Assembly (NCBI GenBank): GCA_902553005.1
Contig: CACDIK010000001.1
Coordinates: 12,644-76,643, forward strand
Reading direction: 5' to 3'
Origin: an uncultured Alphaproteobacteria bacterium
Lineage (GTDB): Bacteria; Pseudomonadota; Alphaproteobacteria; HIMB59; GCA-002718135
Length of the DNA stretch: 64,000 bases
Under the pieces are notes generated by a model. The model worked only from the letters and a program-made list of their open reading frames with translations, did no database searches and was not told the origin of the DNA. Positions 44,400 through 54,354 of the stretch are shown here, piece after piece. Both the position numbers and the translations under genes were made by a program. Each line of letters opens with the position of its first letter. Position 1 is the stretch's first letter.

Positions 44400-44798
44400 A
44401 TGGCTTTAAACGATTCACTTTCAGATATGCTAGCAAGAATTAAAAACGCTCATCAAGCAAATAAGGTATCAACTTTGTGTCTTAAATCAAAACTCAACAT
44501 TAATGTCTTAAGTGTTCTTAAGGATGAAGGCTATATAAGGGATTTTAAAAATATCGAGGAGAGAAAAGGCATAAATTCAATAAAGATTGACTTAAAATAT
44601 TATAATGGAAGTCCAGTAATTAAAAAAATAAAAAGAATTTCAAAACCTGGTATTAGAAAATATTCAAAAATTAGTGAGCTCAATAAACCATATGGAGGTT
44701 TAGGTATATCTATTTTATCAACTCCAAAAGGAGTCATGTCTGATAGTCAAGCTAAGAAAAACAATGTTGGTGGTGAAATTTTGTGTGAGGTCTTTTAA
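44400..44798 (+). CDS. rpsH: 30S ribosomal protein S8
   Basis: ATG at 44400 preceded by AAGGAG gives MALNDSLSDMLARIKNA, the canonical S8 start. The track start at 44382 is unlikely. Confidence 0.96.
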   Translation: MALNDSLSDMLARIKNAHQANKVSTLCLKSKLNINVLSVLKDEGYIRDFKNIEERKGINSIKIDLKYYNGSPVIKKIKRISKPGIRKYSKISELNKPYGGLGISILSTPKGVMSDSQAKKNNVGGEILCEVF

Positions 44799-45328
44799 TG
44801 TCAAGAATTGCAAACAACCCAATAAAAATTTCTAAAGAAGTAGAATGTACTTTTAAAGATGGAATTTTTTCAGCTAAAGGTAAACTTGGTCAGATGCAAA
44901 CCACAATAAATTCTAATTTCGATATCAACATTAATGAAGATGAAATAAAAGTTATTTCTATTATTGAAAATAATAAAGACCCTAAATGGGGAACAACAAG
45001 AGCTATTGTTGCAAATATAATTAATGGTGTAACAAATGGTTTTACTAAAACATTAGAATTAAATGGTACTGGATATAGAGCTAGCGTTTCTGGTTCTAAA
45101 TTAAAACTAGAATTAGGTTACAGTCATGATATTAATTATGATATTCCTTCAGATGTAAAAATTGAATGTCCAAAACAAAATTTAATTAAGCTTAGTAGTA
45201 TAAATAAGGAGAAGCTGGGCGCAGCAGCTGCAAAAATTAGATCATTTAGAAAACCAGAGCCATTTAAAGGTAAAGGGATTAAATATATTGATGAATATAT
45301 TTTTAGAAAAGAAGGTAAAAAGAAATAA
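44798..45328 (+). CDS. rplF: 50S ribosomal protein L6
   Basis: 176 aa; MSRIANNPIKI start; spc operon order. Confidence 0.97.
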   Translation: MSRIANNPIKISKEVECTFKDGIFSAKGKLGQMQTTINSNFDININEDEIKVISIIENNKDPKWGTTRAIVANIINGVTNGFTKTLELNGTGYRASVSGSKLKLELGYSHDINYDIPSDVKIECPKQNLIKLSSINKEKLGAAAAKIRSFRKPEPFKGKGIKYIDEYIFRKEGKKK

Positions 45329-45331
45329 TTT

Positions 45332-45664
45332 ATGAAAGATAGAAAAGACAGAGTTAGGTATAAATCTAAGAAAATTTCCAAAAGAAATAGGTTAAGCGTT
45401 TTTAGATCAAATAACCATTTATATGCTCAGCTTATAGATGATAGTAATGGTACTACACTTGCTAGTTCTTCATCTCTTGAAAAATCAATTAAAGATAAAA
45501 AATTACAAAGAAAAGAAATTGCAGAACTAATTGGTAAAAATATAGCAAAAAAAATAATTACTAAAGGAATAAACAAAGTTGCTTTTGATAGAGGTAAATA
45601 TAAATATCACGGTTTAATTAAAATAATTGCAGAAGCAGCAAGATCTGAAGGTCTTAATTTTTAG
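45332..45664 (+). CDS. rplR: 50S ribosomal protein L18
   Basis: 110 aa; [18 protein letters not shown]. Confidence 0.97.
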   Translation: MKDRKDRVRYKSKKISKRNRLSVFRSNNHLYAQLIDDSNGTTLASSSSLEKSIKDKKLQRKEIAELIGKNIAKKIITKGINKVAFDRGKYKYHGLIKIIAEAARSEGLNF

Positions 45665-45672
45665 AGGTATGT

Positions 45673-46182
45673 ATGTTTGAGAATGATAAAAACGAGTTTA
45701 GTGAACATCTAGTAACTATTAACAGGGTTGCTAAAGTTGTAAAAGGAGGAAGAAGGTTTGGATTTGCTGCTATAATGATAGTTGGTGATAACAAAGGAAG
45801 GGTAGGAATAGGTACAGGTAAAGCCAAAGAAGTGCCTGAGGCTGTAAGAAAAGCTACAGAAAATGCTAAAACTAAAATGATTAGAGTTCACTTGAAAGAG
45901 AACAGAACTATTCATCATGATATTGTTGGACGTTTTGGAGCTGGAAAAGTAATATTAAGAGCAGCTGCACCAGGAACTGGTATTATTGCTGGAGGCCCTA
46001 TGAGAGCACTCTTTGAGTCTCTTGGAATTAAAGATGTTGTAGCAAAATCTACTGGAACATCTAACCCACATAACATGTTAAAAGCAACATTAAATGCATT
46101 TAAAATATCTGAATCTCCAAAATCAGTTGCTGCAAAAAGATCAAAAAAAATAAATGATATAACCTCTAGTAAGAACAATTAA
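45673..46182 (+). CDS. rpsE: 30S ribosomal protein S5
   Basis: 169 aa; [18 protein letters not shown] motif. Confidence 0.98.
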   Translation: MFENDKNEFSEHLVTINRVAKVVKGGRRFGFAAIMIVGDNKGRVGIGTGKAKEVPEAVRKATENAKTKMIRVHLKENRTIHHDIVGRFGAGKVILRAAAPGTGIIAGGPMRALFESLGIKDVVAKSTGTSNPHNMLKATLNAFKISESPKSVAAKRSKKINDITSSKNN

Positions 46183-46184
46183 AT

Positions 46185-46643
46185 ATGAAAATTAATGAAT
46201 TAAAATCACCGCTAAGCTCTAGTAAGCAAAAAAAGAGAAGGGGAAGGGGATCAGGCTCTGGTCTTGGAAAAACTGCTGGAAGGGGTGTTAAAGGTCAGAA
46301 GTCAAGATCAGGCGTTGCTATCAACGGCTTTGAAGGTGGACAAATGCCTATTTATAGACGCTTACCAAAAAGAGGTTTTAAAAACCATTTTAGAATAAAA
46401 ACACAAAGTATTAGTTTCACTATGATAAATAATATAATTAAAAAATATAATCTTGATCCCTCTACAATTAATGAAAATGAATTATTTGATAAAAAGATTT
46501 TTAAAAGATCGAAGGGAAGTTTAAAACTTCTTAATATTGGAGAACCAATTAAAACAACTAATTTAGAAATTTCTTATGCTTCCAAAAAGGCTGTAGAAGT
46601 TTTAGAAAAATTAGGTGGTAAAATTAAACTTACAAAGAAATAA
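46185..46643 (+). CDS. rplO: 50S ribosomal protein L15
   Basis: 152 aa; [17 protein letters not shown] motif; follows rpsE after only 2 nt. Confidence 0.97.
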   Translation: MKINELKSPLSSSKQKKRRGRGSGSGLGKTAGRGVKGQKSRSGVAINGFEGGQMPIYRRLPKRGFKNHFRIKTQSISFTMINNIIKKYNLDPSTINENELFDKKIFKRSKGSLKLLNIGEPIKTTNLEISYASKKAVEVLEKLGGKIKLTKK

Positions 46644-47984
46644 ATGGCAACAGCTGCAGACAGATTAGCTAACAACTTAAACTTTGGAGCTTTAGGAAAG
46701 GCAACGGAATTAAGACAAAGACTGTTATTTACTTTAGGGGCATTAATTGTCTTTCGCTTAGGTACATTTCTACCCATTCCAGGTATTAATCCATTAGCCT
46801 TACAACAATTTTTTGAACAACAATCATCAGGAATTTTAGGTATTTTTGATACATTTTCTGGAGGTGCTCTTGGTAGAATGGGAATTTTTGCTCTGGGTGT
46901 TATGCCTTATATATCATCATCAATAATAATGACCTTAATGCAATCCGCAATTCCTTATTTAAAATCTTTAAAAGAACAGGGATCAAAAGGGAGAAGGCAG
47001 CTTCTACAATTTACAAGATATGCAACAGTTTTAATTGCAGCTATTCAAGGATACGGAGTATCTATTGGTCTAGAATCAATGCAAACAACATATGGAAATA
47101 TTGTTTTCGAACCTGGATTATTTTTTAGATTAACTACAGTAATAACTCTTGTAGGCGGAACAATTTTCCTCATGTGGTTGGGTGAGCAAATTTCTTCAAG
47201 AGGTGTAGGAAATGGAATATCATTAATTATAACTGCAGGAATAATTGCCAATCTCCCGAGTGCATTTGTTAGTACTTTACAATTGGGTAGAACAGGAGAA
47301 TTAAGTATTGCTTTTATTTTAGGAATATTAATTCTTATACTTCTTTTAATTATATTTATAGTTTTCGTTGAAAAAGCTCAAAGACGCTTACCAGTTCAAT
47401 ATCCAAAAAGACAAGTTGGAAATAAAATTTATGGCGGTCAAAGCTCACATCTACCATTAAAAATCAATACTGCAGGTGTTATTCCTGTAATTTTTGCATC
47501 ATCAATTCTTCTTCTTCCAAATACTATGTCTGGATTTGGTGCTGGATCATCAAGTGATATTTTTATTTTAATTTCAAGTTATTTAGGAAGAGGTCAGCCA
47601 TTGTATCTAGCATTGTACGCAGCAATGATAATATTTTTCGGATTTTTTTACACATCTATTGTATTTAATCCAGATGAACAAGCTGAAAACCTTAGAAAAT
47701 ATGGAGGTTTTATTCCAGGTATAAGACCAGGAGAAAATACAGCAAAATATATAGAATTTGTATTGGTAAGGCTAACAACCATAGGAACTATTTATTTAAC
47801 ATTTGTAGCTCTTTTGCCAGAATTCCTGCTATCAAGAACCTCAATACCTTTTTATCTTGGAGGTACAGCATTATTAATTGTAGTTGTAGTAATGATTGAC
47901 TTTATTACACAAGTACAATCACATTTATTTCAACATCAATATGAAGGCTTACTAAAAAAAACCAAGTTAAAAGGTAGAAGATAG
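46644..47984 (+). CDS. secY: preprotein translocase subunit SecY
   Basis: 446 aa, 10-TM SecY family; spc operon position. Confidence 0.98.
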   Translation: MATAADRLANNLNFGALGKATELRQRLLFTLGALIVFRLGTFLPIPGINPLALQQFFEQQSSGILGIFDTFSGGALGRMGIFALGVMPYISSSIIMTLMQSAIPYLKSLKEQGSKGRRQLLQFTRYATVLIAAIQGYGVSIGLESMQTTYGNIVFEPGLFFRLTTVITLVGGTIFLMWLGEQISSRGVGNGISLIITAGIIANLPSAFVSTLQLGRTGELSIAFILGILILILLLIIFIVFVEKAQRRLPVQYPKRQVGNKIYGGQSSHLPLKINTAGVIPVIFASSILLLPNTMSGFGAGSSSDIFILISSYLGRGQPLYLALYAAMIIFFGFFYTSIVFNPDEQAENLRKYGGFIPGIRPGENTAKYIEFVLVRLTTIGTIYLTFVALLPEFLLSRTSIPFYLGGTALLIVVVVMIDFITQVQSHLFQHQYEGLLKKTKLKGRR

Positions 47985-47985
47985 A

Positions 47986-48558
47986 TTGAAAAAAATAATT
48001 TTTTTTGGCCCACCAGGAGCAGGAAAGGGTACACAGGCTAAAATAATCGCAAATTTTTTAAATATTTCTCATCTTTCAACAGGCGATATATTAAGAAAAA
48101 AATTGTTAGATAATGATGATTTAGCAAAAAAATTACAATCAATTATGTCTTCAGGTAATTTAGTTTCAGATGATATTCTTAATTCTATTGTATCTTCACG
48201 TTTAAAAAATGAGACAGATAAAGGCTTTATACTAGATGGTTACCCACGAACTTTAGCACAATCAGAATTTTTAAATAATTTTTTTTTAGAAACTTCTACA
48301 TCTTTAGATTATATATTTGATATTCAAATCAATTTTGAAATTTTGAAAAATAGAATAATAAAAAGATCCTCAGAAGAAGGTAGAGAAGACGATAATATAA
48401 ATGTTATAGAAACAAGATATAATGAATATATTAACTCTACTCAGAAAGTTTCAAATATTTATAAAGACAATTATTCATCTATTTTTTACGAAATAGATGG
48501 ATCTCAACAAATTCAAGAAATAACTAAAATAATTAAAGATATTTTAAAAAAATCATGA
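47986..48558 (+). CDS. adk: adenylate kinase (short-lid form)
   Basis: 190 aa; the TTG start gives MKKIIFFGPPGAGKGTQ (P-loop); no zinc-lid cysteines. Confidence 0.95.
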   Translation: MKKIIFFGPPGAGKGTQAKIIANFLNISHLSTGDILRKKLLDNDDLAKKLQSIMSSGNLVSDDILNSIVSSRLKNETDKGFILDGYPRTLAQSEFLNNFFLETSTSLDYIFDIQINFEILKNRIIKRSSEEGREDDNINVIETRYNEYINSTQKVSNIYKDNYSSIFYEIDGSQQIQEITKIIKDILKKS

Positions 48559-48587
48559 AAAACAGCCAAAATTTCACATATCTTTTC

Positions 48588-48616
48588 TTGACTAATTGCA
48601 TGATTATCATGTATTC
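48588..48616 (+). promoter_or_regulatory. candidate promoter region for rpsM-rpsK-rpoA-rplQ
   Basis: TTGACT at 48588-48593 in the 87-nt adk-rpsM gap. The -10 is ambiguous (TGTATT/GTATTC, 16-17 nt downstream). Confidence 0.3.
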
Positions 48617-48645
48617 ACCCTCATTCATTTTTTTTGGATTTCATT

Positions 48646-49026
48646 ATGGCTAGAATCTCAGGTGTTAATATTCCTACAAATAAGAAAGTAAACATAGCTC
48701 TTACATATATATTTGGAATAGGAAAAAAGTTAGCTATGGATATTTGCAATAATGCATCAATAGATACTTCTAAGCGTGTAAGTGAACTTAATGAAGAAGA
48801 GGTAAATAAAATAAGAGATTTAATTGATAAAGATTATTCTGTAGAAGGTGATCTAAGACGAAAAATATCCTTAGATATAAAAAGACTTAACGATTTAGGT
48901 TGTTATAGAGGTCTTCGTCATCGAAAAAAATTACCAGTTAGAGGACAAAGAACTCATACTAATGCCAGAACTAGAAAAGGTAAGGCTGTTGCTATTGCTG
49001 GAAAGAAAAAAGTTACAAAAGGCTAA
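48646..49026 (+). CDS. rpsM: 30S ribosomal protein S13
   Basis: ATG at 48646 gives [10 protein letters not shown], the canonical S13 start. The track's TTG at 48634 is unlikely. Confidence 0.97.
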   Translation: MARISGVNIPTNKKVNIALTYIFGIGKKLAMDICNNASIDTSKRVSELNEEEVNKIRDLIDKDYSVEGDLRRKISLDIKRLNDLGCYRGLRHRKKLPVRGQRTHTNARTRKGKAVAIAGKKKVTKG

Positions 49027-49027
49027 A

Positions 49028-49408
49028 ATGGTAGAGAAAAAAAAATCAAAAATCAAAAAGAAATTCTCTTCTGGTGTAGCACATATAGTTTCTTCATTTA
49101 ATAATACTATTATTACTATTACTGATGATAAAGGCAATGCATTAGCATGGTCTTCCTCAGGACATAAAGGATTTAAAGGATCAAGAAAGTCTACACCTTA
49201 TGCTGCCCAAATAGCAGCAGAAGATGTGGGTAATAAAGCAAAAGAATATGGTTTAAAAAATCTTAAGGTAGAAGTATCAGGTCCAGGATCTGGACGAGAG
49301 TCTGCTCTAAGATCATTACAATCTATCGGTTATGTGATTACTTCAATCAAAGATGTAACTCCAATACCGCATAATGGTTGTAGACCAAGAAAAAGAAGAA
49401 GAGTTTAA
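49028..49408 (+). CDS. rpsK: 30S ribosomal protein S11
   Basis: ATG at 49028, 2 nt after the rpsM stop. [17 protein letters not shown] is the S11 core. The track start at 48962 lies inside rpsM. Confidence 0.97.
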   Translation: MVEKKKSKIKKKFSSGVAHIVSSFNNTIITITDDKGNALAWSSSGHKGFKGSRKSTPYAAQIAAEDVGNKAKEYGLKNLKVEVSGPGSGRESALRSLQSIGYVITSIKDVTPIPHNGCRPRKRRRV

Positions 49409-49423
49409 AAAAGGAGTATTTAG

Positions 49424-50446
49424 GTGTTACAAAAAAACTGGAGTGAATTAATTAAACCAACAAAGATGGAAGTTAATGTAGATGAAAGTAATGGACGAAT
49501 TGGTAAGCTTATAGCTGAACCTTTGGAAAGAGGATTTGGGATAACTTTAGGAAACTCAATTAGAAGGGTTTTATTGTCTTCTTTACAAGGAGCTGCTATT
49601 ACTTCAGTTAAAATCAAAGGAGTCGTCCATGAATTTTCTACAATTCCTGGAGTTAAAGAAGATCTAACCGATATACTTTTAAATTTAAAATCAATAGCTG
49701 TAAAGGTACATTCACCTGGTTTGAAAAAAATGTATATTAAATCATCAGGTTCTGGTGAAATTAGAGCAGGTAATTTTGAAACTGACTCAGAAACAGAAAT
49801 TATGAATCCAGATCAGCTAATTATGACACTTGATTCTAATGCTGATGTAGAAATTGAAGCAAACATTGAAACAGGAAAAGGTTATGTTACAGCAGAAGTT
49901 GCTGAAGATGAAAATAAAAATATTGGAGAAATTAAGTTAGATGCAATGTTTAGTCCTGTTGTAAAAGCTTCTTATAAAATTGAGAACAGTAGGGTTGGTC
50001 AAGTAACTGATTTTGATAAGTTGGTATTTGAAGTAGAAACTAACGGTGCAATTTCACCTGATGATGCTATAGCTCTAGCAGCAAGAATTTTGCAGGATCA
50101 GCTTCAACCATTTATCAATTTTGACGAACCTGAGGTTCTACCTGATCAATCTAAAGCAGAAAGTTTATCATTTAATTCAAATTTATTAAAAAAAGTAGAA
50201 GAGTTAGAGTTATCTGTTAGATCTGCAAACTGTTTGAAGAATGATAATATAATTTATATCGGCGATCTTGTGCAAAAATCAGAATCTGAAATGCTTAGAA
50301 CCCCAAACTTTGGTAGAAAATCCTTGAATGAGATTAAAGAGGTTCTGCAACAAATGGAACTAAATTTGGGTATGTCAGTCCCTGATTGGCCGCCAGAAAA
50401 TATTGATGATTTAGCTAAAAAATATGAGGACCCTTTTAATAAGTAA
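49424..50446 (+). CDS. rpoA: DNA-directed RNA polymerase subunit alpha
   Basis: 340 aa; GTG start 7 nt after AAGGAG; the N-terminus [11 protein letters not shown] is typical of alphaproteobacterial RpoA. Confidence 0.97.
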   Translation: MLQKNWSELIKPTKMEVNVDESNGRIGKLIAEPLERGFGITLGNSIRRVLLSSLQGAAITSVKIKGVVHEFSTIPGVKEDLTDILLNLKSIAVKVHSPGLKKMYIKSSGSGEIRAGNFETDSETEIMNPDQLIMTLDSNADVEIEANIETGKGYVTAEVAEDENKNIGEIKLDAMFSPVVKASYKIENSRVGQVTDFDKLVFEVETNGAISPDDAIALAARILQDQLQPFINFDEPEVLPDQSKAESLSFNSNLLKKVEELELSVRSANCLKNDNIIYIGDLVQKSESEMLRTPNFGRKSLNEIKEVLQQMELNLGMSVPDWPPENIDDLAKKYEDPFNK

Positions 50447-50451
50447 AATAA

Positions 50452-50889
50452 ATGAAACACAATATTAAAAACAAAAAACTAAACAAAACATCTTCACATA
50501 GAAAAGCAATGTTTATGAATATGTCCAATGCTCTTATAAAGCATGAACAGATAACTACCACACTTGCAAAAGCTAAAGAACTAAAGAGATTTGTTGAGAA
50601 AATTGTTACATTAGGCAAAAAAGGTGATTTAATCTCTAGAAGAAAAACTATTTCAACCCTTCAAGATATTAAAATGACACAAAAAGTTTTTGATATATTA
50701 GCTGATAGATACAAAAATAGATCTGGGGGGTATACTCGAATTATTAAATTGGGTAATAGATTTGGTGATAATGCACCTACAGCTGTTATTGAATTTGTAG
50801 ATCGAGATGAAAATGCCAAAGGTCTTGATAGTGGACCTATTTTAGAAAAAAAATCTACTGAAGAAGTAGAGGAACAACCTCAAGCTTAA
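50452..50889 (+). CDS. rplQ: 50S ribosomal protein L17
   Basis: 145 aa; L17 core ([15 protein letters not shown]... GGYTRI). Confidence 0.97.
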   Translation: MKHNIKNKKLNKTSSHRKAMFMNMSNALIKHEQITTTLAKAKELKRFVEKIVTLGKKGDLISRRKTISTLQDIKMTQKVFDILADRYKNRSGGYTRIIKLGNRFGDNAPTAVIEFVDRDENAKGLDSGPILEKKSTEEVEEQPQA

Positions 50890-50906
50890 ATATATTGTTT
50901 AACTTA

Positions 50907-51263
50907 ATGTTAGTCGCCACTGGTGGCGCATTTGGCGCAGTACTCAGATATCTTCTAACAAATATTAGCAAATCAATATTTGTATCTAGTATTTATGGAA
51001 CCATTTCTGTGAATATTTTGGGTTCTTTTCTAATTGGATATTTTATAACATCTAAAACAGGAAATAATTTATCTGAAAATTTTATTAAATTTTTTTTAAT
51101 TATTGGTCTTTTAGGGTCTTTTACAACTTTTTCTGCATTTTCTTATGAGGTTGTAGAATTAATAAATTCAAAAAAATATATTTCATCTTTTATTTATATT
51201 TTTATTTCAATTTTTATTTGTGTAATGTCTGCATATTTAGGTACCTTTTTAAATAAATTTTGA
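50907..51263 (+). CDS. crcB: fluoride ion channel CrcB/FluC
   Basis: About 118 aa and 4 TM. MLVATGGAFGAVLRY is a typical CrcB N-terminus. The alternative TTG start at 50895 is the one shown in the track. Confidence 0.88.
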   Translation: MLVATGGAFGAVLRYLLTNISKSIFVSSIYGTISVNILGSFLIGYFITSKTGNNLSENFIKFFLIIGLLGSFTTFSAFSYEVVELINSKKYISSFIYIFISIFICVMSAYLGTFLNKF

Positions 51264-51264
51264 T

Positions 51265-52179
51265 TTGATTAAAAACATTAAAATTTTGAATAATTTGAAT
51301 CAAAGGCTAGATAAATATCTTAAAAATAAATACACGTCTTTGACACAAGGTTTTATTGAAAAAAATATAAGAAAAAAAAATATTTTAATTAATAACTCAA
51401 TAACTAAAGCAAACTATTTAGTTAAATTTAATGATGAGCTTAAATTATTAAATTTTCATGACACACTATATAAAAATAAAATAATTTTTAAAAAAAATAT
51501 TAAAATATCTAAAGAAATTTTAAATCAATTCAAAAGATCAATAAAATTTGAAAACAACGATTTTATTGTTTTAGATAAATGGCCACAAATAGCTACTCAA
51601 GGAGGAAGTAAAATAAATATTTCAATAGACCATATAATCAAAAAAATTAATTCACAATATAGGTTAGTACATAGACTAGATAAAGAAACATCAGGACTTC
51701 TTTTAATTGCTAAAAATCTTAATTATGCCAAAAAGTTATCTTATCTTTTCAAACAAAAAGAAATTACTAAATATTATATTGCTTTATGTGAAGGAAATCC
51801 AAAAAATAATTATTCTCAAGTCAAATTAGAAATTAAAAATAAAAAACTTAAAATTGAAAATACTCTAACAAATTATAAATTGTTAAATAAAAATAAAGGT
51901 ATATCTTCAATTTTATTTAATCCTCAAACTGGAAAAACTCATCAACTTAGAATAGTATCTAAAAATCTTGGATGCCCAATAGTTGGGGATCAAAAATATA
52001 ATATTCATTCTAAGTATTCAAAAGAAAAGTTGATGTTACATGCAATTGCACTAAAATTTGAAATAAATACAAAGAAGTTTGAATTTTTTTCAAAATTACC
52101 GGATCATTTCCTAAGCTTTGTAAAAAAAAATAACTTAAAAATTAGTAAAGATTTAAAAGAATATTTAAATAGTTTTTAA
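51265..52179 (+). CDS. RluA-family pseudouridine synthase (RluC-like, with S4-like N-terminus)
   Basis: 304 aa; HRLDKETSGLLLIAK catalytic motif. The start is uncertain: several in-frame TTG codons and no ATG before the RLDKYL segment. Confidence 0.8.
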   Translation: MIKNIKILNNLNQRLDKYLKNKYTSLTQGFIEKNIRKKNILINNSITKANYLVKFNDELKLLNFHDTLYKNKIIFKKNIKISKEILNQFKRSIKFENNDFIVLDKWPQIATQGGSKINISIDHIIKKINSQYRLVHRLDKETSGLLLIAKNLNYAKKLSYLFKQKEITKYYIALCEGNPKNNYSQVKLEIKNKKLKIENTLTNYKLLNKNKGISSILFNPQTGKTHQLRIVSKNLGCPIVGDQKYNIHSKYSKEKLMLHAIALKFEINTKKFEFFSKLPDHFLSFVKKNNLKISKDLKEYLNSF

Positions 52180-52812
52180 TTTGTCTAAAAAAATTTTTTT
52201 AAATTTATTATCAAATTCAGATTGTTCTAATTTAATACCTAATTCTTCCATTGATGTATTTTTATATTCTCTTAAGCCACAGGAATGAATATAATTATAA
52301 TATTTAAGATCAGGATTAATATTAAAACTTAACCCATGGTATGTAATCCATTTCTTAATTCGTAATCCAATTGCACCAATTTTTTTTTCTTTATCAAATG
52401 AAATATTATTACTTTTAGTTACCCAAACACCTACCCTGTCTTTGAAGGTTTGCGCTTCAATATTATAGTTTTCTAAAAAGGAAATAAGTGAATTTTCAAT
52501 TATTGTAATAAATTTTCTAATATCTTTATTTTTGTTATTTAAATTTAACATAAAATAAACAATTCTTTGACCAGGACCGTGATAGGTTGTTTTGCCTCCG
52601 CGATTAGATTTTATTACATCAATAATATCCGAATTTAATATTTCTTCTTTTGAAGCACTTGTTCCTTGAGTAAAAATATGATTATGATTTAGAAACCATA
52701 TTAATTCTTCGGATTTATTATTAATTATACTATCAACTTTAGACTCCATATACATTACAGCCTCTTCATAATTTACTTCACTATTTGATATTTTAATTTC
52801 AAACTGTTTCAT
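52165..52812 (-). CDS. lipB: lipoyl(octanoyl) transferase
   Basis: 215 aa; RGGKTTYHGPGQ motif. Confidence 0.9.
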   Translation of the reverse strand: MKQFEIKISNSEVNYEEAVMYMESKVDSIINNKSEELIWFLNHNHIFTQGTSASKEEILNSDIIDVIKSNRGGKTTYHGPGQRIVYFMLNLNNKNKDIRKFITIIENSLISFLENYNIEAQTFKDRVGVWVTKSNNISFDKEKKIGAIGLRIKKWITYHGLSFNINPDLKYYNYIHSCGLREYKNTSMEELGIKLEQSEFDNKFKKIFLDKLKTI

Positions 52813-52870
52813 CTGTATTTAACTTTATTGATAGTTAATATCCTATCTGATATTTAATTCTACTATATAT

Positions 52871-52957
52871 GCGGCTGTGGCGGAATTGGTATACGCGCAG
52901 CGTTGAGGTCGCTGTGGGATTTATCCTGTGGAAGTTCAAGTCTTCTCAGCCGCACCA
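52871..52957 (+). tRNA. tRNA-Leu (anticodon GAG)
   Basis: 87 nt; acceptor GCGGCTG/CAGCCGC, anticodon arm CAGCG-TTGAGGT-CGCTG, long variable arm, T arm GGAAG-TTCAAGT-CTTCT, encoded CCA. Confidence 0.9.
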
Positions 52958-52963
52958 ATTTGT

Positions 52964-54331
52964 ATGGAAGAAATTATTATAAAAAAAGATCAGGATTCTT
53001 CATCTAAATCTGTTGAACTAGTATCTGATTATTTAGAAAATTATAAATATGATAAAGTTCTATCTTATTTAAAAGATATTCATAATGCTGATATTGCAGA
53101 TATTCTTCAAAATTTAGATCCAGTTTTACGACTAAGTCTTTTGAATATAATTGATAGAGATTTTGATCCTGAAATATTAACTTATTTAAATGATAGTGTT
53201 AGAGAAGAAATAATAGAAACTTTGGATATAAAACAATTAGCTAATAATGCTAAAAGTTTAGATACTGATGATGCTGTCGACTTAGCAGAAGATTTAGAAG
53301 AAAAAGATCAGACTATATTCTTAGAAAATTTAGATAAAGAAGAACGCACATTAGTTGAAGAAGGATTAAAGTATCCTGAAGATTCTGCCGGAAGATTAAT
53401 GCAAAGACAATTTGTTGCCGTTGACCAATCATGGAATGTTGGTCAAGCAATTGATTATTTGAGAAAGAATAAAGCAAAACTACCTGAAGATTTCTATGAT
53501 ATTTATTTAATTAATAATAACCAAGAAGCAAAAGGTGTTGTTCCATTAGGAAGGTTAATGGGTTCAAAAAGAGAAGTAGAATTAAATTCGATAACAAATA
53601 AAGAATTAAGATTAATTGATGTAAATACAGATCAGGAAGATGTAGCCTTATTATTTAATAAATACGGATTGGTCAGTGCACCTGTTATCAATAATCGAAA
53701 AAAAATTATTGGATCTATTACAGTTGATGATGTTGTAGAGGTTATAGAAGAAGAAAGAGAGGAAGACATTTTAAAGCTTGGAGGTGTTGATCATACAGAT
53801 TTATATGAGTCAGTTATTTCTACAACAAAATCAAGAATTTCGTGGTTAATTGTAAATCTGCTGACAGCGGTGGTAGCTTCAATAGTTATTGGTTTTTTTG
53901 AAGCTGCTATAGAAAAAGTAGTAGCTTTAGCAATTTTAATGCCAATAGTATCCTCTATGGGCGCTAATGCTGGTACTCAAACTTTAACAGTTGCAGTAAG
54001 AGCCATTGCTGTGAAAGAATTAACAACTAGTAATGCGCTAAAAATAATAATCAAAGAAACTCTCATTGGCGGTATAAATGGTATCATATTTGCTGTTATA
54101 ATATCTTTAATTTCTATTTATTGGTTCGATAATTTGCTGTTGGGTTTAATAATAGGTCTTGCGATGATATTAAACTTACTAATTGCTGGTTTTTCAGGAA
54201 TTGTAATACCACTAGTTTTAGATAAACTTAAAATTGATCCTGCTTTAGCATCTGCAGTAATTTTGACTACAATAACAGATGTATTTGGCTTTCTTTCTTT
54301 TCTTGGATTAGCAACTTTATTTTTAATTTGA
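52964..54331 (+). CDS. mgtE: magnesium transporter MgtE
   Basis: 455 aa from ATG 52964, with an MgtE N-domain, a CBS pair and a 5-TM C-terminal domain. The track's GTG at 52928 lies inside tRNA-Leu and is rejected. Confidence 0.9.
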   Translation: MEEIIIKKDQDSSSKSVELVSDYLENYKYDKVLSYLKDIHNADIADILQNLDPVLRLSLLNIIDRDFDPEILTYLNDSVREEIIETLDIKQLANNAKSLDTDDAVDLAEDLEEKDQTIFLENLDKEERTLVEEGLKYPEDSAGRLMQRQFVAVDQSWNVGQAIDYLRKNKAKLPEDFYDIYLINNNQEAKGVVPLGRLMGSKREVELNSITNKELRLIDVNTDQEDVALLFNKYGLVSAPVINNRKKIIGSITVDDVVEVIEEEREEDILKLGGVDHTDLYESVISTTKSRISWLIVNLLTAVVASIVIGFFEAAIEKVVALAILMPIVSSMGANAGTQTLTVAVRAIAVKELTTSNALKIIIKETLIGGINGIIFAVIISLISIYWFDNLLLGLIIGLAMILNLLIAGFSGIVIPLVLDKLKIDPALASAVILTTITDVFGFLSFLGLATLFLI

Positions 54332-54354
54332 TCTGAGCTATTTAAGTTAAATCA

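Noticed and set aside
48559-48645. S4-binding alpha-operon leader pseudoknot, or a hidden rpmJ, in the adk-rpsM gap
   Set aside because: rpsD is not part of this operon, as is typical for Alphaproteobacteria, so S4 feedback here is unlikely. 87 nt is too short for L36, and I could find no convincing pseudoknot by eye.
42808-49027. Upstream starts given by the ORF track for rplN (42808), rpsH (44382), rpsM (48634) and rpsK (48962)
   Set aside because: Each adds non-homologous residues overlapping the preceding gene. Canonical N-termini begin at 42841 (GTG), 44400, 48646 and 49028, with SD-like sequences or stop-start coupling.
52928-52963. GTG-initiated N-terminal extension of mgtE
   Set aside because: The extension would be encoded by the 3' half of tRNA-Leu, and ATG 52964 is the first start outside the tRNA.
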